From contig OZ218950.1 of NCBI GenBank assembly GCA_965112735.1, positions 3,596,001-3,660,000 on the forward strand: a stretch of 64,000 nucleotides of DNA. The letters run 5' to 3'. The position numbers were made by a program, and so were the translations under genes. The stretch is from Phaeosaccion multiseriatum. Its lineage: Eukaryota > Protista > Ochrophyta, other classes. How positions within the stretch are numbered: the first letter of the stretch is position 1; each line of letters begins with the position of its first letter. This document shows, piece by piece, positions 47,001-62,128 of the stretch. The notes beneath the pieces were generated by a model. It was not told the origin of the DNA. It made no database searches and saw only the letters and a list, made by a program, of their open reading frames with translations.

Positions 47001-48716
47001 GTGGCAGCAGTAGTGGCAAAGGGGGCAGCAGCAGCATCAGCAGCAGCAGCAGCAGCAGCAGCATCAGCAGCAGCAGCAAAGGCGGGAGCGCTCCGGTGGG
47101 AAGATGGGTAAGTAGGAAGTCAGGAAGGGGAGAAAGAGCAGTCCTCCCCCCACGCAGGCAGTCTCATGCCATACTCTGTCCACCCTATGTGCTATCCATC
47201 CCATCCTCCATCTCGCTGGCTTGCCCTGGCTGACAGGCCTCACGGCTGACCCTGACACTCACGCACTCACGCACCCACACAGATGCACGTGGACTGCATC
47301 CGTAAACGCCTGGACGAGCCAGAGCTGGTGGAGAAGGTGCGGCGCAAGATCAAGATAGGCCCTGTGCAGGGCAAGGTTGTGTATGCGGTTGCGGTGGACG
47401 CACAAGGCAGGGCAACCGACGTCACCTTCCGGTACAGCACAGGAAAGCTTCGCAGGTATGAATGGAATGGATTGGAATGATTTGGTCGGGTGAGCTTGGC
47501 GGGTGGGTGGGTGTGTTTCCACTACCTTTTGCACCGTCCCTCTTTGGGTTTTTCGATGATGGAAGGAACAGCAGCGGTACCGTCTGACCGCCGATCTCAA
47601 CCTTTTGTCTCTACGCTTGCTGTCTGTTTTTGCAGCTTGCGAATGTGCGATATGGGGGTGAAGTATCCTGACCCGCGCAATAACAAGGACTGGTTCTTCC
47701 GATTCGTGGAGAAGTGGAGCCTGGGGGTTGATTGCAAGACGGGCACGCGCAACGAAAAGAGTTGGGCTCCCGAGAAGAAGAAAAAGAAGAAGGAGGAGAA
47801 GAAGAATGTTGTGTGCATGGATAGCTCCGATGAGGAGGAGGGAAATGAGGGGAGTGACCGGGGGGGCAAGGCAGCGCTTGATACTTCGGAAATGCAGCTG
47901 AGAGAGGCAGAGGCACAAGAGAGACAGGCCATGGTGGGGCAAGAAGACGGGCGCGGCGCGGCGGCCCGGGCATGGACAGGGAAGGGGAAGCTGCCCATGC
48001 CTACGACCTTCAAGGAGCTCAAGAACCACAGCGAGTACCTTGCCTACAGGGACTTTAAGAAGGACGATGCAGTGTCTCCAGGCACAAGGCCCGCGGGGCT
48101 GGTGAGGGGAGAGAAGGTGTATTTCGTTAAGGACGTGTGCACAGTGCTGAGTAAGACCAAGTGGAAGCAGCGGGGAAGGACTGTGAAGAAGGGGGAGGAG
48201 GACAAGGCCATCCCCATCACCTTCAAGGGCAAGGCCAAGGCTGCTGCTGGTGATGGCAACGACAACGATGACGGTGGTAACGGTTACAAGGCGTATGGCG
48301 AGTGGCAGACTGAGCCCTGGGCCCCTCCCCCTATCGGACCAGACTGTATCATCCCCCAGAACGAACACGGGAGCATTGAGATGTGGGAGGGGTCGGAGGC
48401 CTTCCTGCCCAAGGGGGCCACTTGGCACCGCGGCCATCTCGCAGGGCTGGGCAAGCTAGCAGCCAAGATGAAGATTAGCTGCGCGGCGGTGGTGACGGGC
48501 TTCACCAAGAGGGCGGGGAGATCGGTGCCGGTCCGGAACGGCTTCGTGGTGCCCACGGCCAAGAGCGCGGAGCTCATGGCGGCATGGAGGGTTCTGGAGA
48601 AGAAGCGGCAGGCTGAGCTGGCGGCCAAGTACAAGAAGGCGGCGGAACAGAGGTGGGCAAAGCTTGTCGTGGCCCTCCTTAACGCGGTGAGGGTGCAGGA
48701 GGAGTACGGCCATTGA
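44018..48716 (+). CDS. XPC: DNA damage recognition protein XPC/Rad4, multi-exon
   Basis: Transglutaminase-like pieces FLALCRGLGLKARYV, AWIEVF, RW|MHVD, YAVAVDAQGRATDVTFRY. BHD1-3 pieces PTTFKELKNHSEY, GEKVYF..DV..V.S..KWKQRGRTVK, YGEWQTEPW.PPP, IPQNEHGSIEMW...LPKG, AVVTGF...G.SVPV..GFVV. C-terminal W.KL...L. Confidence 0.92.
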
Positions 48717-48975
48717 GGATGATGGTGGAGCTGTGCGTGTGTGCAATTGTTCATCCTTCTTCTCTTTTTAATACGTCATCAACGCTTAGTTTGTAGATAA
48801 CACTGGTATTTCGGTGGAACTTCGATAATAAGATCAATCCGATACGGCCTCGAGAGAAGGCCTTGTGGGAAACCACCCTCCTGATGAGAAGCTTTGTGCT
48901 TTGCTTCTCGGAGAAGTTTCATCCGCGCCCGAGATGACGACAGAGCCATCCATTCCATTCCAGTCTTTCATGCCT

Positions 48976-51900
48976 TCAGCCTCTCCATTGCGACGCTCCC
49001 AAAGGCTGATGGTGGGGCCGGCCGGGCTGACCGGGGTAGAAGTAAGAGGAGGAAGGCAGCTGCGGGGCGGGCGGCGGCAGGTGCGGCGGCAGGTACGACG
49101 GCGGGTTCTGGGGGTGGTGGTACTGCTGGTGCTGGGGCGGGAGCTGGCGCGGAGGCTGAGGCGGATACTGCTGCTGGTGCGAGTAGTGCGCGTCTCCGTT
49201 GTGGGCTCTGCCGTAGTCTGATTGTGCGGTAGGATGAGCTGCTGTGTGACCAGCAGCACCGCCGCCACCACGGAATCCCCCTCCCCCCCGCCCCCCCATC
49301 CCCTGCTGCTGGCCCCACGTCCCGGGGGGTTGCAAGAGGGGTGGTGGTGGTGGCGGAGCAGCGTGCACACTCGAAGGTCCCCTTCCTCCCGCTGCTCCTG
49401 CTGCTCCTGCCGCTCTACTACTGTTGCTGCCTTTACTCCTGGAAAGGCTTTCCTTCTCCTTTTGTGGCATCTCACGGACGCCCCACCACAGCAGAGGCTT
49501 CTCCTTGACCCCTTTGGGCAGCTCGCTCCTCAGAATCGCCACACTCTTCTCGTCCACTACTCGCCCGTCGGCAGTCTTGAGGGCGTAGGGGTCAATCTCA
49601 ACCGTCTTTGGCCCCCCTCCTGCTCCTGCCCCCCCCCCCATGGGTGGCAGGCTCATCGCTCCCCAAAACAGCTCCGTATTGGGCAGCGCGTCTTCCTTCT
49701 CGTCGTCCCAGAAGGAGGCAAATCGGTTGACACTGGCCCCCTCGGGCAGAGTCAAATCCCTCTTCATGGCGTTGGCGAGAACGGGGATGCGCTTCAGTCG
49801 ATTCTTGATGCGCTGCTCAGGAGAGACTGCTTCCGGAGCGGGGGCGACAGGAGAAGGAGGAGGGCGCTGGTGTTGGCTTGGGCTTGTGCGCCCCCCCCGA
49901 TCACCAGGCAACACCGGCCCCCCATGCCTCTGGCGGGGCGCCTGCTCCGCGGAGAAAGGCGAGTGCGAGCTAGAAGGGCCGCCGCCCCTTGCCTTTCCCC
50001 TGTCATTTCCTCTGCCACCACCACCGCCGCTGCTGCTGCTGATGCTGCTGCCATTCTCAGGGCGGTCCCTGTGCCCTTCCTTTCTGCCGTCAGCCTTTAC
50101 CACCCTGCCCGTGGTCCTGACGTCTCTCATCTTTTCTTTCCGACGTGTTTGGCCCTTGCCCACACTCCTACTCCTACTTCTACTTCTACTGCTGCTCCTG
50201 CCCCTACTTCGTCGGTCCCTGCTGTCGTTGCTACTGCGCCCGAAACGCTTCCCACCCCTCCCCGTACTTCCCGTTTCGCCCCTCTCTCGAGAGTCTCCCC
50301 CACCTCTTGCCTTCGGTGGCCGCTGGCTGTTTCTTCGTCTGCTGGAGCTCCTACCCCTACTCCTGCTGCTGCTGCTGCTGCTGCTCCTGCTGCTGCTCCT
50401 CCTGTTGTACCGCCCTCTCTCCCGACTTCGGCTGCGACTATCATAGCTTCTCCTCCCTGCCGTCTGCCTCTCCTGTCTCTCCTTCTGCCTACCATCCCTC
50501 TTATGCCCTCCCTTGCTTCGCTCTCTTTCTCGGCTCCAGGAATCACTGCTGCTGCGACTCCGCCTCTGGCCCCGGCTGTAGCTGCGAGAGCGCGACCGAC
50601 TCCGGCTACAGCCACTTGTACTTCTACTTTGCCTCCTCATGCCGCCGCCTCCTCCTTCTGGCGAAAGACTACGGCCTCGGTCACCCTCCCGGCCCTTCAT
50701 ATGTTCCCTTCTCCCTTTCTGCCTCTCTCTCTCCTCTCTCCTTTCACCCTTCTCAATGGGCTTTTTCGTCGCTCCCTGCCCGTGGTGCCCCCTTTCCCCC
50801 TCAAATCGTCCTCTCTGTTGCCCCCTTGCCTTCTCCTCCTCCTCCTCCTCCTCCTCCTCCTCCTCCTCCTGGGCCTTCCTTTTCTGCCTACTTCCACCCC
50901 TTGCCTCATTGGTTTCCCCTTTCTCCACCCCATTGGCTGTCCTCTTTTTCTTCTTTTCATCATTCTCACCCACGCACTCCACCTCTTTTCGCCTTCTCTT
51001 CTTCCCACTCGAATGCTGCTGCAGATGCTCCTCAACGTCACGATCCCTTTGCGATGTACCCACCGCCGCCTCTCTCTCAGCCTTGCTCTCCTTCTGACCA
51101 CCCTTTGTTGCCCCCTTCTTGTCCCCCTTACTCGTGTCGCCCCCCCCTTTCTCGTCCGTAGCGGCTGCCTCCCCTTCCCCCCTGTTTGCTACATCCTGGG
51201 TGTCCCCGTCTTTCTTCTTCTTGAGCTTCTTCTTCAAGCTCGCTCCTTTCGCACTGCTTTTGAGAGACGCACATGGGTAGAGGATAAGGATTGCACAAGG
51301 TGAGTACAGAAAGGGAGCAAAGGCCAAAAGCGCAGAGGGCAGCAGGAAGGCGGGAATTCAGTACCATCTGGCAGTGCTCCCACCCCAACTATTTTCAGTA
51401 CTCGAGCGTCTTGGTGGCATGGCATTGGAGGGAATCACTGCTACTCCAACACACTCACCCATCTTCCTGTGGAGAAGCCACCCTCGTGTCGATCTTCCCC
51501 CTTTCTTCCCCTCCTTGCCCCTCTTTTAGTCCCTGCTCCTCTAGCTCTATTGCCCCTCCTGCTGCTGCTCCCTCAGCCCCCCCGCCCTTGCCTCTTCCCT
51601 TTGGAGCCGGAGTCGGCTTCTTTGCCGGTCTTCCCTTCCTCTTTGCCCTTCCCACTTGCCCTGCTCCTGCACCTTCCCCCTGATCAACACCATCTTCCTC
51701 CCCTGCAGGGGTCGCTGCTTCAGGTAAGGCTCCTGCCGCCTCCTCCTCATCCTCCTCCTCCTCCTCCTCCTCCTCCTCTGGTGCCAGAGCTGCGGCGGCC
51801 CCCTTCGCCTTCGCTGCCCCTCTGGTACCGCTCGCTGTCTTGCGGCCTCTGCCCCTGCCTCTGCCCCGCCCCGCCCCTCTCCCTCGGCCCCTTCCAGCCC

Positions 51901-52462
51901 CCCTTCCTCTGCCCCGGCCTTGCCCATCAGTAGCTGCGTCTCCCTCTGTCCCGCCTTCTCCACCCGCTGCTACTGCTGCGGCCACTGCCGCCGCCGCCGC
52001 CGCTTCCGCTTCTGCCTTTGCTTTCACGGCCTTGGCTGCGTTGGATGGCCGACCCCTCTTCTTACCGGCTGGAGCAGCAGCCGCTGGCGGGCCTTCTTGC
52101 GCTTCTGATGCTGCTGCTGCTGCTGCTGCTGCTGCCGCCGCCTTCGCCGCTTTGGATGGCGGCCGCACCCGTGGCTTCTTGGCGCGCCCTCCAGTCGCTG
52201 TTGCAGGAGCCTTCTCCCCCCGTCTTTCCGCCGCAGGAGACGGCGCGGTGGCTGCTGATGCTGGTGGTCCCGCCTCAGCCACAGACTGCTTCAAGATGTA
52301 GGCCATCTGCTGTCGGGACGTCATTTTTCCGAGGTCTGCGTCCACTGCGGCGGCTGGTGCTCGCGCCGCGGACCCTCCAGCCTCTTCTACCCCAAAGAAT
52401 CCATTCTCTCCTCCCTTCCCTCCCCCCCCTGCCGCGGCGGTAGCGTTCTTCCCAGGAGACAT
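48976..52462 (-). CDS. Large low-complexity nuclear protein with AT-hook-like motifs, RGG and RS-rich regions and a short globular C-terminal block; 2 exons
   Basis: Exon 1 52462-51459 (KKRGRPS, GRGRGRG, KRKGRPAKK) ends at a GTGAGT donor and splices in phase 2 to ~51257. Exon 2 has RS repeats and the block RIKNRLKRIPVLANAMKRDL...RFASFWDDE...ELFWGAM...KPLLWWG. Confidence 0.7.
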
Positions 52463-52559
52463 ACTGGGCTCGGAGCAGAGAGAAAGGCTTCGGGCGGGTG
52501 GGTGGAGTACTCAACCGAAGAGCTTACCAGCTAACGATGCGGCGAAGCATTCTCTTTCA

Positions 52560-53739
52560 ATGTCTTTCTCGCGTGCTAACCAGCACTGCCAGCCTTTCAC
52601 AGCAGCAAGTATAGTAGCAGTAGGTGAAGGATCCCGCACCGCTCAATCCCCCCCGTCTCCTCTTCACCTTCCCTTACTGTGAGTTCGGTCTCCTCTCGAG
52701 GATGGGCATGGGAGGTGTCCCCGTTTTCGTCCGGACTATAGTCAATGGACTACTGCGTATGGCCGGGCTGCTGCTGGTGATCCTCCCACCCTTTAATCCA
52801 CTTCTGTTCGTTAAACCTCTCCAACCCTCCTCCACCCTCCGCATCCCCTCCGGCCCCTCTGTATCTTCCTGGCCCGCAGTTCGCTTTGGGGGGCTGTTAT
52901 AGGACCTGAGCCCCCCCGAGTACGCTTCCCTGCCCTCCTACTCTACCCTCTCCCTCTCTCCGTTTCGGTGGTGCTTTTTGAGCTCTTCCTTTCACTCGCT
53001 CTCGCTTCGCGTGGGGGATGATGACTCTCGGGGGGGGGGGGGGGTGCTGTCCAAAAGTAATATTCCAAACACGGCCTCCTCCTCGACATCCCTCCTCCTG
53101 GACATCCCTCCTCCTCGTCCTCCTCGACATCCCTCCTCCTCCTCGTCGTCGTCCGATCTGTCTTATCAAACCTTTGGATGTCTTCCCAGCTACAGCAGGA
53201 GCAACGGAGGGAAGAGGAGGACGAGGAAAGGAAATCTTGCAAGCTGAAAGCCTTGGACTGGTCTGTTCGGGTACGTGCGTGGAGGGGGCAGGCAGGCAGT
53301 CAGGCAAACAGGGAGGATCCTGCAAGAGGAGAAAGGGGGGGACAATAGAGCGGCAACGAGAGCCTCAGCGGGCTGCTTGGAAGGTCTGCAGGGAAAGCGT
53401 TTGATTGGAACTCTTCCACTCATGCCACCTTCCTCCTCCTCTCCTCCGCCTCTTCCTTCTCCTTCGTCACGAACTCGTCAAAATGCGCAGACCTTTGTAG
53501 CCTCGAGCAAGCAGGGCGGTGCGGGGGCGGGGGAGCCTGAGACACGTATCATGCTTGAGCTTTGTCTGGAGGATAAGGACGGACACGTGAAGAAGAGAGT
53601 CTTGGATTTGAGCAAAGGGCAGTTCGAAAGCTTATTGCGAGGAGCTGAGGACGTGGAGCGAGTGTGCTCCAAGCTCGCGACGGGAGAGGGGGAAGGAGTG
53701 GGATTGGACGGGCCGACGGCAGCAGGAGAGGCCACTTGA
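52560..53739 (+). CDS. COMM-domain protein (COMMD family, short form); 5' exons uncertain
   Basis: Exon 53190-53270 joined to exon 53491-53739 gives CKLKALDWSVR|TFVASSK...PETRIMLELCLED..G.VKKRVLDLSKGQFESLLRGAEDVERVCSKL, which fits the COMM domain pattern (L..LDW.V...VASS...P...L.L.L.......ELS..QF..L). Confidence 0.75.
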
Positions 53740-54429
53740 CGAGGCCTCTTCACGAGCGTGTGTTGAGCAGACCCACTGGGTGCTCTTTAACAACGGCACC
53801 GAGGCGAGGGAGATTTCTCCGTAACCCTGTTCCCTAGGCCTGCTGCGCCACAGGATTTGGAGGGCGCCATCGTAGCATGCGGTGAGACCGGAAGATGAAG
53901 CAGCCCGAACACGAGCTAACGGCTTTCAGGTATCTTCTGTCCCCACCTCATGTAGTGGTCTGAGTGATGAGGACACCCGACCCTATTTACTCAAGTAGAC
54001 TGCCGTGCCAAAATGGTCAAGGAAGAAGGGCTGCTCCAGCAGCTAGTACAGTGTGCAGTCAAGTATGCAGGCAGGCAGGAAGGCGCAAGAGCAGAACTGA
54101 GGCTGTTTTCCCTTCTACACGCTTCCGCAATTGGTTGACTTCGATGGGAGTCCTCGACCATCCGACTACAAAGCCTGCGTGGCGAAGAGTCGAAGAGGGC
54201 CCCGAGGAGACGTAGACTGGGTTTGGGGAACAGCAACAGGAAAAGCCTTTGGCAGAGGGGGCAAGTTCAAGGGTTTTGCATGGGGCCTCTTTGCCAGGCT
54301 GACGGGCGAATAAGGAGAGGAGAGAGACTGGAAAGTGTTCGCCTAGGCCCGAGGCAGTGCTCTTCTCCGCGGTGGTTGGAGGGAGAGGCTTTATGGCTTT
54401 GGTCCAAGGTAGGCCATGACGTGCTACCT

Positions 54430-54481
54430 TCGGCCCCTGACAAGGTTTTCCAGGTTCTGGGATAATGTCGTCAGGGGCCGA
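54430..54481. mobile_element. MITE copy D (52 bp), 12-bp perfect TIRs, degenerate 6-bp TSD
   Basis: TCGGCCCCTGAC (54430-54441) pairs with GTCAGGGGCCGA (54470-54481). Flanks are CTACCT and CTACAT (5/6 match). The termini equal those of copy C. Confidence 0.8.
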
Positions 54482-55014
54482 CTACATGTGAGTTGACGCC
54501 GCCATTCTTTCCCTACCCGCCTGCTGGTGGCCCTGCTCATCTAAGCGAGTCCCCTCCGACCTTCCCAAAGCGGAGAAGTGCACCGACCCTGCCTGAAGCG
54601 AGAAGCGGCCCTTCCTTTCTCTTCGTATCATGGTAGTGCTAAAATGAAAGGGAAAAAAGACAAAAGAAAAAAGGAGAAAAAGGGACGATTTAAAATATCG
54701 ATTCGATTTTCGTTGCAAGAAACTGAAACTGAAATGAGACGACGGCGAGAGCGCGGCCAAGGTAATAGAAAAGAAGAAACAACAGAAAGTAGAGGATAGA
54801 GGGTCTGTCATCAGCACGGGTTAAGAACCTACGGACCGTTTGAGTCCCATAGGGATATTGCCTGCTGCGCCACACGCGAAGTAGGAAGAAGTTTTTGGGG
54901 CTTCCACGGTTGGAGTGCCAGCTCGGTTGTGAAGATCCGCCGCCGCAGCCGCCGGTAGGAGCCGCTGCTGTGGCTGTAGTATAGGCGAACGTAGAAGGTA
55001 GCTACGGCAGCACC

Positions 55015-58976
<3,962 letters not shown>

Positions 58977-59421
58977 TTGTCCTACAGGGTATGAGCCGGC
59001 CTGAATCGGCAATTGAGCGGAGCTTCGTGGGCTTCCTTTTGAGAAGGGCAGCAAAGCGAGCGATGGACAAGAGAGGAGAGATCAGTATAGAGAAAATAAG
59101 TCACCGCCAAGTCACCGCCGAGTCTCCGCACCACGGCACGCTCGGAGCGCTCTTTTCAAATCGCACACACGCACTGCGACGACGCGCACGCGCGCACGCG
59201 CACACCGCACCGAACTTGCAGGCAAAGATCGTTCAGGGAGACAAGGACGGGAGGGGCAGAGCGAGGACACATGTGTACGTGCACTCCACAAAAGAGCTTA
59301 CAAAACGGCTGTGCACTCCACAATAGAGCTTACACAACGGCTGTGGTACGAGAGCGTTACGCACAAGACCAGCCTCGTCTTTTCATTCTCGCACTGTTGA
59401 TATTGGGTGGCTTAGAACAGG

Positions 59422-60826
59422 TCATCTGCGTGGTACTCCCATTCGCCTCTCCTCCTCTTCCTTCTCTACGTCCGCTTCATCCTCGGCCTCCTGAACCTCC
59501 TCGCTATCCTCGTCTGACGCGATCCCGCTGCTCCTAATGAGCTGTCTCACAGCCTGTCGCGTAGGCATCTCGCTTGCCTGCGCGAACGGACGCCAGCCCT
59601 CCTCAGGACTGCGGAAATCTGTGTAGAACAACAGCCACTTGTCAAACATAAAGGTCTTGTACAGCGCCACTTTGAAGCTCCGGTGCGTGAGCACATCAGA
59701 GTCCAGGTAGTAGGACACCTGGAGGGGTGGTTGGGGGGGGGGGGGGGAGCATCCACGCACACACGCACACACACACACACACAAGGGTTGAGAAAGTCGC
59801 AAGGAGCTGGAGGAGGAGGCGGGGGGGGGGGGGGCAGAGGCGCCACACGCAACATGGGGCGAGGAGGGGAGGAGAGAGTGTGGGGTGGGAGGAGGCAAGA
59901 GAGTCACTTTACTCTTGCCACATGACACACTCAGACACAACCCTACCTCAAAGTCCCCGAGGAGCATGGGGCGTTGCCTAAGGTGGCTGTCGTAGCCTCG
60001 CACAGCGAGAGCATTGTTGAGAATGACCACTGGGACATTCATCAGGGAGCAGCGGATGCACAGCGTCTGTGTCTCCTCCATCTTGCTGCGTTGTGGTGAG
60101 AGAGAGAGGTTGTAGTGAGAGAGAGGTAGGTATGCATGACACAGGAGGAGAGGGAAAGAAAAAGGAAGTCAGAGGTGACAGAGACGAGAGACGCGAGGAA
60201 GGAGAATCCGGGGGGGGGGTTTGGCGAAGGAACCAAGGGAACGAACAAGGACAGGGGAGACCAAAAATAGTGTGGCGAACGCATCATGTCACTCACGCTG
60301 GATCCTCCATATTGTCTGGGCGGATGATGACGACAACGTCATCTGTCTCGGTGATGGTGCTCTTGCCTGTGGGACGGGGCGGGGTATCGAAAGTGGACGC
60401 AGAAGGGGTAAGCGTTTCGTTCTAGTGAACGTCTTGGAAAGGGAGCATCTACCGCCCGTGCTCAACTCAGTGCGATAGCCCCAATGGTAACCCGAGCAGA
60501 TTCCATACATTATTGCACAGGTGCACAGTTCTTGACTTGGGAACCAAAAGGGGGCATGGGATGACTCTGCGATTCATCTCTCTATCTCGCTTGCCCACTT
60601 ACCAAGGGTGTCGACACAAACCAGCCCCGGATTGTGCACCTCGAAGAATTCCCGCGCGTGGCGGGCCGTATCCGCCGTGTTGAAAAAGAGCTTGACCTTT
60701 GCTTGACCCTGCACCCTCATCTTCACCACGAGCCCCCGCAGCAGCGTCAGCATGGGTATGTCCACCCCCACCTCTGGCTGTCTTCGAGCCTCCCTCTCTT
60801 CTCCTTCTGCCTGTCCTTCCCCCTCC

Positions 60827-60865
<39 letters not shown>

Positions 60866-61830
60866 CCTCCTGCCGCCGCCGCTGCTGCCACGGCTGCTTC
60901 TGCTGCTTCTGCTGCTTCTCTCTCTCCCATTCTCAGCTCCGGAAGTTGGAGCTCCACCCTAAATCGCCCCCCGCCACCAAGCGAGTGTCCGGCAGAAATG
61001 TGGGCAAGTATGGACTGTGCCACGTCTGAGCCTATCTCCACTGTTGACTCAGGGAAGGAGGGCGGGACGGGACGGGGCGCAGGGGCTGTACTACTTGCCC
61101 TCTTCCGTCTCCTGGTGGTGGTGCTGCTGCTGGGAGAAGAGCTACTTGTCTTTGCTCGTTTCGACGTTACCTTTGTTGTCTTTGTCTTGGATGCACGTTT
61201 GACCTTTCCATCTGTGTTTGCGTTCCGCCCGTCGACCTCACCGTCGCTGCTGCTGCGACGACTGCTCCGTGTCCCACTAATCCTACTGCTAACACCGCTC
61301 CTCATCCCCTTGATCTTACCCTGGCCGTCCCCGCCCCCCTCCACGCTGCTGCTGCTCTTTTTGCGCCGTCCTTCCATGCGAAGAGACTTCGTCCAGGATC
61401 GGTGGTGTTTGTGCTGCGGCTGCTGCGGCCGCTGCTTCAGTAGCCGGTGCTGCTCCTCCCGGCCAGGAGCGACGTGAAGCTTCTGAAGGCTGTGCAAGGG
61501 AAGGTATGCTCGCACGGGCTGCTGCTGTAAAAGAGCCAGGCTGAGACTCACGAGCACAACCAAAGCCTTGGAGCCTTCTTCCCTCCTCCTCCTCCTCCCC
61601 CCCCTCCTCCAACATGGGCTACTGCTGCTGCTGCTACTGCCACCGCCGCTGCTGTTGTTTCCGCTAATCGCAGTCGCACCCGCGCTTCTCGTACAGAAAA
61701 AGGTGCAGGTGCTTCTACGAGAGCAGCTAAGGCGGCCTCTGGGACTCCTCGCACCAAGGCCAACAATCCCGCTCCCGCTCTCGCTCCCACCACGGCCTTG
61801 CGGTCTAATGCTTTCGCAGCGGCCTTTCAT
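59422..61830 (-). CDS. DUF1995-domain (LPA3-like) protein, probably plastid-targeted, 4 exons
   Basis: RFRVELQLPEL, VKLFFNTA..A..ARE, DDVVVIIRPDN, VPVVILNNAL, DFE|VSYYL, ALYKTF...WLLF......GW......EMPT resemble the DUF1995 pattern. A hydrophobic segment LVVLVSLSLALL...VRAYLP is present. Start codon uncertain. Confidence 0.65.
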
Positions 61831-62128
61831 CGCATGCCCCTTTGTGCTGCTGATCCCATGTTGGTGGATTTTTGGATGGGGAGGAGCATACGGGCCGTAA
61901 TAAAAACATCACGGCAATTCAATTCGATACAAAGAAATAACAAAGCCTAAGCCGATCACGGTGCTTCGTGCTTGACGCTGCGTTCGTGCTTGTTCGCGAC
62001 AGTGTGTTGCTTAGGGCACGAACGAAGAGCTACTACTACACTTGAAAAAACAATCCTCCTCTGATATCATCTCTCCCTCCCTCTCTTCCCACTTTCCCTT
62101 CTCGATGGTCGGCTCTACCCCGTGAGCC

